The position numbers and the translations under genes were made by a program. Source: Glaucostegus cemiculus (Eukaryota). From it: a DNA stretch of 64,000 bases. The stretch covers positions 17,360,001 to 17,424,000 of the forward strand of contig CDPCPM010000037.1 of NCBI GenBank assembly GCA_976551045.1. Direction: 5' to 3'. Under the pieces are notes generated by a model. The model saw only the letters and a program-made list of their open reading frames with translations, searched no databases and was not told where the DNA came from. Shown here piece after piece: positions 1-10,971 of the stretch (its first letter is position 1; every line of letters begins with the position of its first letter).

Positions 1-218
1 TTTTGTTTAACTTTCTTTAACAACGGCGGGGGTGGGGGAGAGAGGCACGGAAATAGGATAACGATCGATGAAGGTTATGTTATATATATTTGTATCCAGC
101 CACTTCGTCACTGCGGTTGTTTATAAGAAATAAGAATATGGATCTCTTAGCAGAAAAGATGCAACGTTTAGTTTGGGATTTACAGCCAAACGGACGGTTT
201 GTGTTATTTGGTGATGCT

Positions 219-301
219 GGCCCTTGCTCTCCGTGTTCACAGCGGACCTTGATTTAATGTCCATACAATTAAGGCACGCGGTGAATGCCAAGAGAGGGGC
301 C
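219..301 (+). ncRNA. MIR124: pre-miR-124 hairpin (likely mir-124-3 orthologue); 5p arm 232-253, mature 3p arm 270-291
   Basis: Seen: exact miR-124-3p TAAGGCACGCGGTGAATGCCAA (270-291) and 5p CGTGTTCACAGCGGACCTTGAT (232-253). Lower stem GGCCCTTGCTCTC pairs with GAGAGGGGCC; basal UG at -14 (218-219); CNNC motif CTTC at 308-311. Paralogue number inferred from the neighbouring YTHDF1. Confidence 0.99.
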
Positions 302-1874
302 GTCAAACTTCAGTTCTGTTTTAATTGGACGCAACAGCCTGTTAAGCAATACAACATCACTAATTTACGCTTATTTAATCAAATAGGGCAAGTCTTCTTT
401 TTTTAACTAATTAAGATACGGGTACTATACTAACAACAATTTCGAAAGCATAGCTTCAGTTTATGTATGCTAAAGGTCTTCATTTAAAAAATCTGAAATA
501 AATAGGGCAGTACATGCTGTAGATTTAGTCAATTACATATACAGATTTGTCGGAGATATAAGATACTGAGAGTGGAATAGAGTTTGTAGTTGTTTTGATT
601 TGTTAATTCTTTTTAAAGACTTGCTGTTTTTTATCAATCTTTATCACATTGTATCTGTATGTGTCCTGTTGTCTTGTAAATACGAAGCCCGGTAGATCTT
701 GTACATAATACATTCTCCGCTAGATTAGGCGAGTTCTCTTCTGTATTCCTTAATTCCCTACTATTAAATAACATTTATTTCACAAATGTACTCTGGTTTC
801 AGCAGTTGAAATTATTTTGTGTTCGTATGTGTCTCGATAATGTTCCAAAGAGCCAGAGGTAGAATGGACGCTATTCACTTATCTGAGCCCTAGGGTTAAT
901 GGCAATCGTCCTTCATTGCTCAATGTCATTTTATAATAAAATAATGCCATAAAATGATGTAGGATTCTAAATAATGGATTTTGATGGGAGTAGAGGACGA
1001 GCAGAACCTCGTGTCAGGAATGTTTAAAACTAATATTTTGTTTAGGGAAAATCTCCTACAAAAATACAGCTTTTTAATTTGTTGCATGTTATCTTATTCC
1101 TTTAATAAAACGTCTTCAATCTAGTTTTGATTGAATCACATGAATTTCTTCAGCCTTTCCTCCAGGATTGCTAAAAATACAATATTCGCAGATGTCAAAA
1201 TGCAATCGCACATATTACAAGATTTCATCTTAAGCGGATTATTTAAGAGATACAAAAATGGGCGATATGATAATTGCCATCTGTGATGGTAAAATTGAGG
1301 CTTTGGTTTTATACGACAGCATTTTTTTATGAACTGTTCCGGTCTAACCTAGAATTCAATAATAACAATCTGGACTTTAGAGATTTGCTGGACCCAGGCT
1401 CAATGATTTACCATTTAGTCTGCTCCCCCTAACTTGCAGAACAGTTAGTTCGTTCAAAGTGCGTCACCGTGCTCTCCTTGTAGATGTGTTGCTTATTTGT
1501 TTTTTTTAAGATTTACATACTGTCCTTGTCTTTTTTTTAAGTATATAGACTAATTATAACAAACCGAACTACTGGGAAAAAAATCAGCGTTTAACTCCAT
1601 CTATTCGTATAAAGCAATAAAGCACATATTCATTCATTTTAGCAAATCGATCGATGATATATAATTGCCATCTGATTCAGGTCATTGTTGGTGAGATCGC
1701 CACCAAATCATTCGTTTTGTTTTTAAACATGAGATCGATGAGAATTAAATCAAAATCATATTGTTTTGATGGGGCCGTTTCCGTGTTGCATCTTCATTTG
1801 GTGACAAACATTCCCAATGATTAAGAGAGTTCTCAAGTGTTTAGAATCAGTGTGCGGAACTGCCCACCACTTCG

Positions 1875-2038
1875 GTAAGTATGAAAGGGTTTGAAAGACA
1901 AGGATTCTATTCCAGTGTATGAGACACGCCTAGAATTGATGCGATTTTGTTGCATTGCGCTTTGAAATGTACAGTTATTGCGGTATGTAAACATTACATC
2001 TAATAGAATGTACGTTTTGTTGTTTTGTATGTGTGCAG
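1875..2038 (+). other. Candidate intron of a spliced miR-124 host (pri-miRNA/lncRNA) transcript
   Basis: Donor TCG|GTAAGT at 1875, branch-like CTAAT at 2000-2004, T-rich tract, acceptor GTGCAG| ending 2038. Confidence 0.5.
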
Positions 2039-5000
2039 ATGGAGGACATCAACGAACAGAACGCACGAGAGTGCGAGCTGAATGCTCTTGGATACTGGGA
2101 TACAAAAAAAAAGAAAATAAGGAATCGAGAAATAGTATTAGATCCCCTTAAAAGATTAAGAATATTACATTTTGGCATAACGTAGTTTTTATTCTTACAG
2201 CCTCATTTGTCAAACCTTGGACATTTGCGATCTTCCCCTCTATCAAAGTAGCCAATGTAGTCTATTGCACCACGTGATTGTTGGCTCTTGGCGGAAATAA
2301 ATGGTTTCTTTTAGGGTCTATGGCTATTAACAAAATTGTTCCCGTGCAGGAGGCTTCTTTTTCATAATACGCTTAAACAGAGGTTGTGGCAAAAAATTAA
2401 TGCTAGTTTTATCCGGAAGGGACTGCATGCAGCTTTTCGAGAACGCTCAGCTGTCCCCACTGCACGATCTAGGATAATGCGGTAGAGAGTTGGCGTTCAT
2501 TCTGACTGCAGTGCCGGGTGTCAACAGAGCGCCCCCTTCAAGCTTACACCCCGACATTACCATAATGGTAGTCCAACCATTAGAACCAAGATTTTATTCG
2601 TTTATATTTGCTAATTATAGTTACAATTTAAAACATGTAATCTCTCAAATCGTGCAAATATGTGAAACAAGATCAGCTTCAAATAGTTGCTAGACAACCC
2701 AGAATTTTATAAAATACGCCCTTGTGTGACGTTTTCTCCCCCCGCTGCTCAAAACGTCGCATTCAGTGTATAAAGCTGGCAATCCTGAGCAAATCTCAGA
2801 AACGGCAGGAAGGTGCAGGACAAATTTTTGTTTGAGGAGGGGGTGATGAGTTTTGACCTGAGACACTTCCGCTTTCCTGAGTTTACAATCCAGCATTCTC
2901 CTGAGCAACTTTTACATATTAATGGCGCCTTTGTTTAATGTTTCAACCAAATGACAGCACTTCCAACAATGCAGCACTGCATCAGTCTTGCACAGGAATG
3001 TCAGATTAGATTAAGCGTTCAAATCCTGGACTGGGGTTCAGTCGACAATATTTTGACTTGGAGGTTGAATGTTAACCACTGATGTGATGGTTTCGAAACG
3101 ATAACCTCATGCAGATTACTAAATAGGGACACGTTGCAGTAAATCTCGGATTTTTGTGTCGATTTATCAAAAACAAAGTGGGGACTGGATTTCTGGTATG
3201 AAATGGTGACTGTGACTAATTTTGATGCTAGGTAAAACGTTGCAAGTGTATGGCGCATAACTGATCCTGTAACGCCATGCAGTAGTTCCATTTTCCAAAC
3301 ACATCTATGGGATCAGGTTCACAGATTTGATATGCACTTTTGTTTTCAGGAAAGGCTCTGAAATTGATCCCAACAGAGTAAGATTTGAAAAAAAAACACA
3401 ATTCTAAAAATACAAAACCTGTGGGGTATTTATAGTTCAAATTCAGATAGATTTTCCAAAAAAATATTGATCGCTCTGAAGCAGATCAATTAATTGCATT
3501 CCGGTGCATTTTAGCTCTACTGTTAACAGTGGCGTCAATATCCTCTGAATGAAAAAGGCACGTTCAGTCATCCATAAGAGTTCAAGTTACGTTAATGGCA
3601 TTTAAGTTTCCGCCATTAATATACTGGAAATTGAGCCTAAATTTGGCAGTAATGGGACATATTCGCCGTTTTTTTAAAATGTCAATATATAAAGCTTACA
3701 GTGGGGTAATTAATCTGGCGCCACTCGGACAAGACTTCCGTCTACCTAGGTCATGTCGAACGTAATGATGAAGTTTTACGGTTAGCATGATTTGGGTTCT
3801 GATTATTTACAACAACAACTTTCCTTTATTTAGTGCCTTTAATACCCATGCGCAATTAGCAGGATTTTTAATCAAACACAAAAATAGTGCAGGTACTTCA
3901 AAAAGGTGAAATTTGAGAAAAATCCGCAAAAAGGAAAGGGAGTAGAAATACTGGAAATGTTAATGGAGGGAATTTCAGAGCTAAGGGTCTTGGCAGCGGC
4001 AAGCAAGGAGGCCAGTGGTGAAGGATTAAAATCGCAGATGCTCAGGTGGCCGGAACTGAAGTAGGGCAGGGGTGAGGACCGATGCAGATTAGAGTTAAGG
4101 AAATCACTCATTTAAGTTCCTCCCACCTTTTTTTGCAGTACAAATGTAGCCGGAGTTAACTCGGTTATATGGAATCCGCAGAAATTAAAGGTTGTGTTTT
4201 TGTTAAGAAACTATTTTTGAAAAGCACCGTCGAATTGATTTCAAAGTAGGAATGGTTTATCTGTAATTCCTAATCGAAAACGTCCCAACCACACACCATG
4301 CCGTCCCTCCTATAGTGTCTGTTGTGACAGAAAAAAATATTACAGTCTTTCACGAAAAGCAAAGGGAGACATCCGGTACTAAATAGTCTGCCGCACTGTA
4401 TGCATGTCGTCTTTAAGTTGACAATTACATTTATATAAAATACTACAAAGTAAATTGATAGGTCTTAATGGAATAAAACAAATCACAGTATTCTGAAATA
4501 AATGCGTAAATGCTGGAAATACACAACGGGTCGGTCAGTGGCTGAAGAGAATAGGACGAAGATCATGGGCCAGAACTGATTCCCAATTTGAAGAGCTTTC
4601 ATCCCAAACACTAATTTATCATTTTACGAATCCTACACAATTTCTTATTATTGTTTCATAAACTACTTTGATGCATATTGTAGTTTAACGGATTTTTCGA
4701 TTTGTAAACCTGTTATTTGCCTAATTTCTATTCGAACTTTACTTTTTCAATTTATCGAAATAATGCACGCCTCTTATATATTGGTTTGTTTAATCTTTCA
4801 CGTCAGTCGTCTTTAATTTTAAATATGACTAAAATTGTAACTTTTATGAAAAGAGATGTTTTAACGTATAACAGACCCTAAAGTCTAAATCAAGTGATGG
4901 ACAATACTGTTGATTTGGGTTTGACTGTATGCGTGCGTATAGATCTTCTGTGTGGGCTAATGATTTATTAATAGAACGACAGGCTGACCCAGGTTTGTCA

Positions 5001-7635
5001 ATGGATCATGTCACTGATAAACTTTGAGAAACTTTAAATATAAAAAATGAAATTCAGGCTTAACTTGCCGATTTAAAAATACCCTTCCCTACCACCGCCC
5101 CCCCCGCCCCCCCAAAAAATAAAACATTCTTTACTACTGATACTCAAACACTTCAAGGCAGCAGATCGCAAAGCCTTGGGAGATGTGGTGCGACTTGCTC
5201 CTGTTTCAGGTAGTTCAAGGTGTTTTGGAAAGCATTGACATTGGATGATGGTTATCGAGTGGTGACTTTCAAAATGGACTGCGACCAGGAATAGGCTGGG
5301 AGCTCGAACAATGCTCCCTGCCTTCCGAATTGCCGCCTGTAAAGTCTCAGTACTGCATGTTTTAGAGGGCACAGCTTGCTTTAAACTAACAATTTTTAAT
5401 AATTCTCTGCATTTTTCTTTCGCTCGATTTATTTATTTAAAATATAGAAGTTTCTTAAGTGCGTGCACAGGTTCGAGATTTCATAGGATCATCCGGAGAA
5501 TGATTGAGGAAGTTGATGGCTGTGCAGGGGTGCTGCGGTGAAATATTCTTGATACTTGTGTAGCCTCGTTCAGATTACCTTCAGGCGGAGTTACTCACAA
5601 AGGGACATATTTTGTTTTCCGATTTTTACATAGAATTGCCTGTAATATCGTTCAAAACCTAGTACCGTCAGCATCAATTTATCAACTATCAAATGGCACT
5701 GTGACATTCTCCTGCTTGGATCTAATAACTTAGTGGCTGGTTAAAAAAATAACTATTAGATGGAATCACTTTTTAAATCCATAGGTTATAAACAAAATGT
5801 ACGTTTCCGAACGCGGACATATCGCTCGTCATTACCACAGCTCCCATCCAATTGCCTTATAACATTTGTGCGCCTGCATCAATCTATATGAACGTACTTC
5901 AAAAGATCGGGGGTGTTGCAGTTCATATCATAACCAAAGACCTTCCGCTGGGTTATCGCAATATCTGACCATAAATCGGCTTTGGTTTGCTCTACGTTTA
6001 AACTCAGCACGTCGGGTCACGCTGTGAAATCGGACAAGGGACGCAATAAGATTTTTGCCTATTTTTTTTATTAAAATGTGCCTTTTCTCCATTTTAAGGC
6101 TATCAAACCTTAAAGAGTCGTGCTGTTAAATCCTCTGATTGATCAATCCGTACCATGTGACTGCACACAGCGGATTGACACAAATGTCGGATTTCTACAT
6201 CCTTCCTGCTGTTTACTGTTGCAACAGCTTTATTGCTTTCCGCCCTGTTTTAGTCATAAAAGCCTGGATTATCTGTTAACTTGCTTCCATTCGCCATTCA
6301 GGTAAATTGAATATTTTATGCTTCCATTTACTACTCGGGTTTCTCTATTTTCACAAATCTGCCTGTTAATGATGGCTTATTTTATCAATCCAATCAAAGT
6401 TTAACATGCAATAAAGCCTCCTGAATACTTCTCAAAGCAGTAGATGTATATCCCAGTTCTGTAGACAGATAACTAATATATTGTTATTTTATACAGAAAC
6501 CATTTTCTAATGTGGGTCTCTCTGTTCTGGGGCAGTAGGTGCATTTGGACAAGTTGTGGTGTTAAAACAGTTGGGGTGATGGGGGCGGAACAAAGTGGAT
6601 TTGCTTGGTGCCAACGCTGCAGCAGCCGCCCTAGATTCGTGTGGTTTACTTAGTAGCTTCCTAGATCATTTCAATCTGCAGGATACTCATCCCACATTGT
6701 TCAGGTGTCTAGAGAGGGTGATCAACCATTCCCATTCTTTACAATTTTATGGACATTACAAAATGGAAATGCATCATTTAGTGGAACTAGTCCATGTTGG
6801 CATTTACCTGACAGCAAAACTTTTCCATGTTACATATGTGTCCATATTTCTTTGCTATGTTTGGTTTAACCTACCTACTCACTTCTAGACATTAAAATAG
6901 CCTTTCCAATCACAGATCCAATATTTTCTTATGTAAAAAGAAATTTATTTTTCCTTTCTAAACAAAATATCTTGCAGTTAATCATGAATATGTGACCCTT
7001 CAACCTGCACTGAATTACCAAAAAACAGTATGGCTTGCATTAATATTGTGCCTTTAATGAAGAAACCCAGCTTGTATATTTTATTGGCTATGATCTGACT
7101 GTCCCTATCCTAGCCCATGCCTTCCTTAAGCTACTTCGTAACACAATGAAAACTGCTACAATTCAAGTGTTTAGTCATAATATCTTCTAATGTGCAAAAT
7201 CTTAAAATCTACACTCAATCTGACACTGGAATCCCTTGCACTGTACAAGACTGCACAGTATTCTATTTTTGTTAGAAAATCAAAATCAAACCTCAGACCA
7301 CTATTTCACCAAACTTTAAAATTTTACACCTTCAGCCACAACTCCCATTATTTCGTTAGCTTTATATTTATTGCCTCATCTATTTGATGAACAGGTTTTT
7401 AAAAGCAACTTGTGAGTGTAAACCTTCAAATTGCACCATTCTTGTTGTCACCCAAATTTCGCATTCAAAATACTACATTTTTTGCACCAAAAGATACCAC
7501 TTCACAGCTGCTGATATTGAACTCTACTTTTTAATCTAGAGAAACAAAGGACTGCAGGTGCTGGAATCTAGGTGAAAAACACTATGATGCTGGAGGAACT
7601 CAACAGACCAGGCAGCATCTATGGAGAAAAGCAGG

Positions 7636-7673
7636 CAGTCAATGTTTCGGGTCAGGACCCTTCTTCAGGACTG
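7636..7673 (-). ncRNA. Minimal type I hammerhead ribozyme motif (PLE-associated)
   Basis: Minus strand reads CAGUC-CUGAAGA-A-GGGUCCUGACCC-GAAAC-AUU-GACUG: stem I CAGUC/GACUG, CUGANGA and GAAA cores, stem II. Confidence 0.7.
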
Positions 7674-7880
7674 AAGGTAGGAAAAGGGGAAGCCCAATAT
7701 ACAGGAGAGAAAAGCAGAGCAGTGGATTCCCCCAGTGGATCTGTTCTCCTCTCCTCCCCCACACCTGCCTATCACTCTCTCTTACCTGCATCTACTTATC
7801 ACCACCCTGTGCCCACCCACCCCACCTATCGCTGCTCTGCTTTTCCCTCCTATATATTGGGCTTCCCCTTTTCCTATCTT

Positions 7881-7918
7881 CAGTCCTGAAGAAGGGTCCT
7901 GACCTGAAATGTTGACTG
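7881..7918 (+). ncRNA. Minimal type I hammerhead ribozyme motif (PLE-associated, CpG-decayed)
   Basis: CAGUC-CUGAAGA-A-GGGUCCUGACCU-GAAAU-GUU-GACUG. Confidence 0.65.
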
Positions 7919-9289
7919 CCTGCTTTTCTACTTTTTATCTATTCCACAATATAATCATCTTGCACTTGTAGATTCATTTGGCCCTTGAAACTATTATTAT
8001 ACATTCTATTTTAGTATCATTTGCTAATTAGGAACTGCTCCTTTTACCCCATACCCCCTAAAGGCAGGCACCAGTACTTACTTCCATAAAGTCAACAAAC
8101 TTTTCTTTCCTCCTCCTAGCCCTTACTAACCTCACCCCCTCCATTTTATTTATATATAACCAACTCAAAAACTTAACCAATTTTCTCTTGTTCGGTGCGT
8201 CATTCAAAATGTTTCTGGAAGTTCGTGAGCACAACATAGACCTGAAGTTCATCCATCTGTTCCCTGACTACAGAACTCTTTCAAGCTTGGCAAGCGTGAT
8301 TTTCATTATTGAATGATGTTTCTTCATTCTATAACATCTGCATCTGTTTGTAGAACTGTTGATAGATACTGAATTTAATTCCCCTTATACTACACATTGG
8401 TAAGTCTGGGGATAGGATAATATACTGGGGACAGTATAATTTGTACATGACAAATTGTATCATCCTATGATTGATAAGTGCATAAATTGATTTATCTCCA
8501 TAAGACTAAGAGTATTTATACATGGCTAAGCAACAGTGCACATACAGCCTATTGAAGATTAATTGATCTTGGATATATTGATTAAAGGCTATTTGCCACT
8601 GCAGAATTCTGTACAAAACCAATAGGAAATAATTAACTTTTCTGCTCCCCTTAAATCTTTGTATAAAGTTTGATTCCCAATATGAAGTCTTAAAATATGT
8701 GTGTGGAAAGGCAGTTAAGTGAAGTTTTAAAATGCAATTTACTTAGTTTTAAATGAGATCTTTTAGCAATATCTTAGAATGTAGATGCATTTCCATTTAG
8801 GCTACAATAATTGGCCTGAGGGTTCTTATTGGCAATATTGGCAGATGAATGGAACATTTTCTCAACTGAAATGTGGATAAAGGAAATAAATAAATAACTA
8901 TAATGCACCCACTTTCTAACATCAGTCTTGGTCAAACTACAGATATGGTCTCAAAGTAGTGTGGATTAAAGTCTTTAGTGAAGAATGCAGGCAGGAAAAC
9001 TTGTACAGATTGACTGACTGCATAGCTTTGAAGTAGTTTGAAGTTATACTGCATTGTGTGTGGAATCCCCGCTGAATGAGACCAGCTCCTGAATAGAATC
9101 TCTCATATCTTAGTTTAGTACATTTGGAAGGCAGAGCAATGACCAGATTCTGGACTTGTATTAAAACTTTCACATTACCAGTTCTGTCTCAGTACACCCG
9201 CATTATTGCACAGCAAAATTGTTACATAGAAAGGGACTATATTGAATTGCATAATTTTTTGGTAGTTATGGATTCTGGCAGGATATAAT

Positions 9290-10665
9290 TACTTTAATGT
9301 TTTTTTATGATATAATGGAAAGTGTTGATGAAGGGAATGCAGTACATGCCATCTACATGGACTTTCAAAAGGTAATTAATATTCTATACAAAAGTCTAGC
9401 AAGCAGACTTGGGCTTCATGGAATTACAGGGTCACAGCAAGGACAGGAAATCAACTTAAAAGGCATAAGGCAGAGAGTAACGGTAAATGGTTCTTTTTCA
9501 AATTGGAAGATGGTAAGTAGTGGTGTTCCCCTGGGGTCAATCCCACGACCACTGCTTTTTGATATATGTTAATAACATGGGTGTGCAAGATAACATTTCC
9601 AAATCTGCAATGGCACAAGTTAGGGAATATGATAAAATGTGGAGAATGGTAAACTGCAGGAAGACATGGATAGGCTGTCTGAAAGGGCTGACAAGTGACA
9701 GGTGAAATTTAGTGTAGAGGAATATCATAATTTTGCAGATAGAACAAAGTCAAGTTTGTCATATCCACAAGTACATGTCCACACAGGTACAATGAAAAAA
9801 CTTACTTGCAGCAGCATCACAGGCACAAACATCATATAAGCAGCATTCACAAGAAAAACATGAATTAAAGACAATTTTTTTTTACAAGAAAGAACACAAT
9901 TAGAACAAAAATAAATAGTCAATTTTAGTGCAAAGTGATCAAAGTAGTCATAGTGTTGCCAAACTCTAATAATTAGGGACAAGAAGAGGGAATAGGGATT
10001 TAAGACAGTCCTCAGGGTATACAGAAGTGGAGGAACCTGTGGAAAACCTTTAAAAGTGGATGTCATGTTGTGAGAGTGATTAGTAAGGCATATATGATTC
10101 TGGGAATTATTATTAGAGCCATAGAGTACAAAAGCGGGGAGGTTATATTGAATGCACAGAATCACTAGTTAGACCTCACCAAAATTTAGGAAAGATATGA
10201 AGGTCCTAGCGAGGGTGCAGAAAGGATTTAATGAAACGTTTCCAGAATGCTTTCAGCTGTAGAATGGAAAAGCTCAAGTTCTTTTCAGAGCAAATGTGGT
10301 TAAAAGGAAACTGATAAAGGTGTACAAGAACACAGCTGTCTGGGGATAGGGTAAATATAGGAAAGCGGTTCACATTTATGGATGCTTCAAAGACCAGAGG
10401 AGACAATTTTAAAATTCTGGACTAACAATAGCAGGAGAAATGTGAGGAAAAGCTTTTTAAATCAGAGGTCAGTTATCTGAAATTCATGACCTCTAAAACA
10501 AGTGGAAACTTAATCAGTGAAGAACAGTATAAGCCATTGAAAGAGTAATTTGCAAGGCTAAGGGGAGAGAGACCTGGCAAATGGGATTATAGGGATTGCT
10601 TTTAATAGCATTCAGCACAGACATATTGGGCAGAATGGCCATCCTCTGCTGTAACAGTTCTATGA
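9290..10665 (+). mobile_element. Decayed CR1-clade LINE (RT to 3' end), interrupted at ~9745-9985 by the 3' tail of another LINE in opposite orientation
   Basis: ORF 9297-9572 reads VDEGNAVHAIYMDFQK...RQRVTVNGSFSNWKMVSSGVP (CR1 RT motifs). CR1-type tail ...GGGCAGAATGGCC...TTCTATG near 10630-10665. Confidence 0.85.
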
Positions 10666-10870
10666 GGCTAAAATCTGCAAGGTTACCAGCTGAATTTTGA
10701 AATCATTAGCAAATCTGGCTGATGTTTCTATCAGTAATTTCATATATTATTGGCTGAAATTTAATCACTTCCAGTAAATATTTTCAGTTTTAGATTTCAA
10801 AATAATATAATGAAGCTACCTTTACTGAGTAATTTTCTTCACATTAATTTTCTCCTCTGGTCTCCTAAAG

Positions 10871-10971
10871 GTGGTGGTACACGCTGAGGCACAATGCCTC
10901 TTACCGGAGTATGGTTCTACAAGCTTCTGTATCTCTTTCAAGTGGACATTCTTCTTGTACAAGTCCAGACT
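10871..10971 (+). other. Candidate non-coding exon (101 nt)
   Basis: Pyrimidine tract plus AAAG| acceptor at 10870; donor ACT|GTGAGT at 10972; next strong acceptor TTTTTTCTTTCCCCAG| ending 11111. Confidence 0.4.

Larger units (their letters stand above)
1..6400. promoter_or_regulatory. AT-rich CpG-retaining domain (putative non-methylated island) around miR-124
   Basis: Hand count gives ~18 CpG in 1-420 and ~20 in 5761-6180, versus 0 in 8401-8820. Almost no recognisable TE sequence. Confidence 0.75.
7539..7929. mobile_element. Penelope-like element terminal (pLTR) fragments in inverted arrangement, flanked by a target-site duplication
   Basis: Arms 7625-7724 and 7830-7929 are reverse complements (7 mismatches in 100). 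Direct repeat TCTACTTTTTA(A)TCTA at 7523-7538 and 7927-7941. Same terminus as the copies at 14095, 43990 and 62620. Confidence 0.8.

Noticed and set aside
121-406. ORFs overlapping the miR-124 hairpin
   Set aside because: Short, with no recognisable homology; the sequence is explained by the miRNA.
6003-6023. Possible REST/RE1 site near miR-124 (CTCAGCACGTCGGGTCACGC); also GCTGTCC at ~2450
   Set aside because: Only one half-site matches in each case; GGACAG is absent at the correct spacing.
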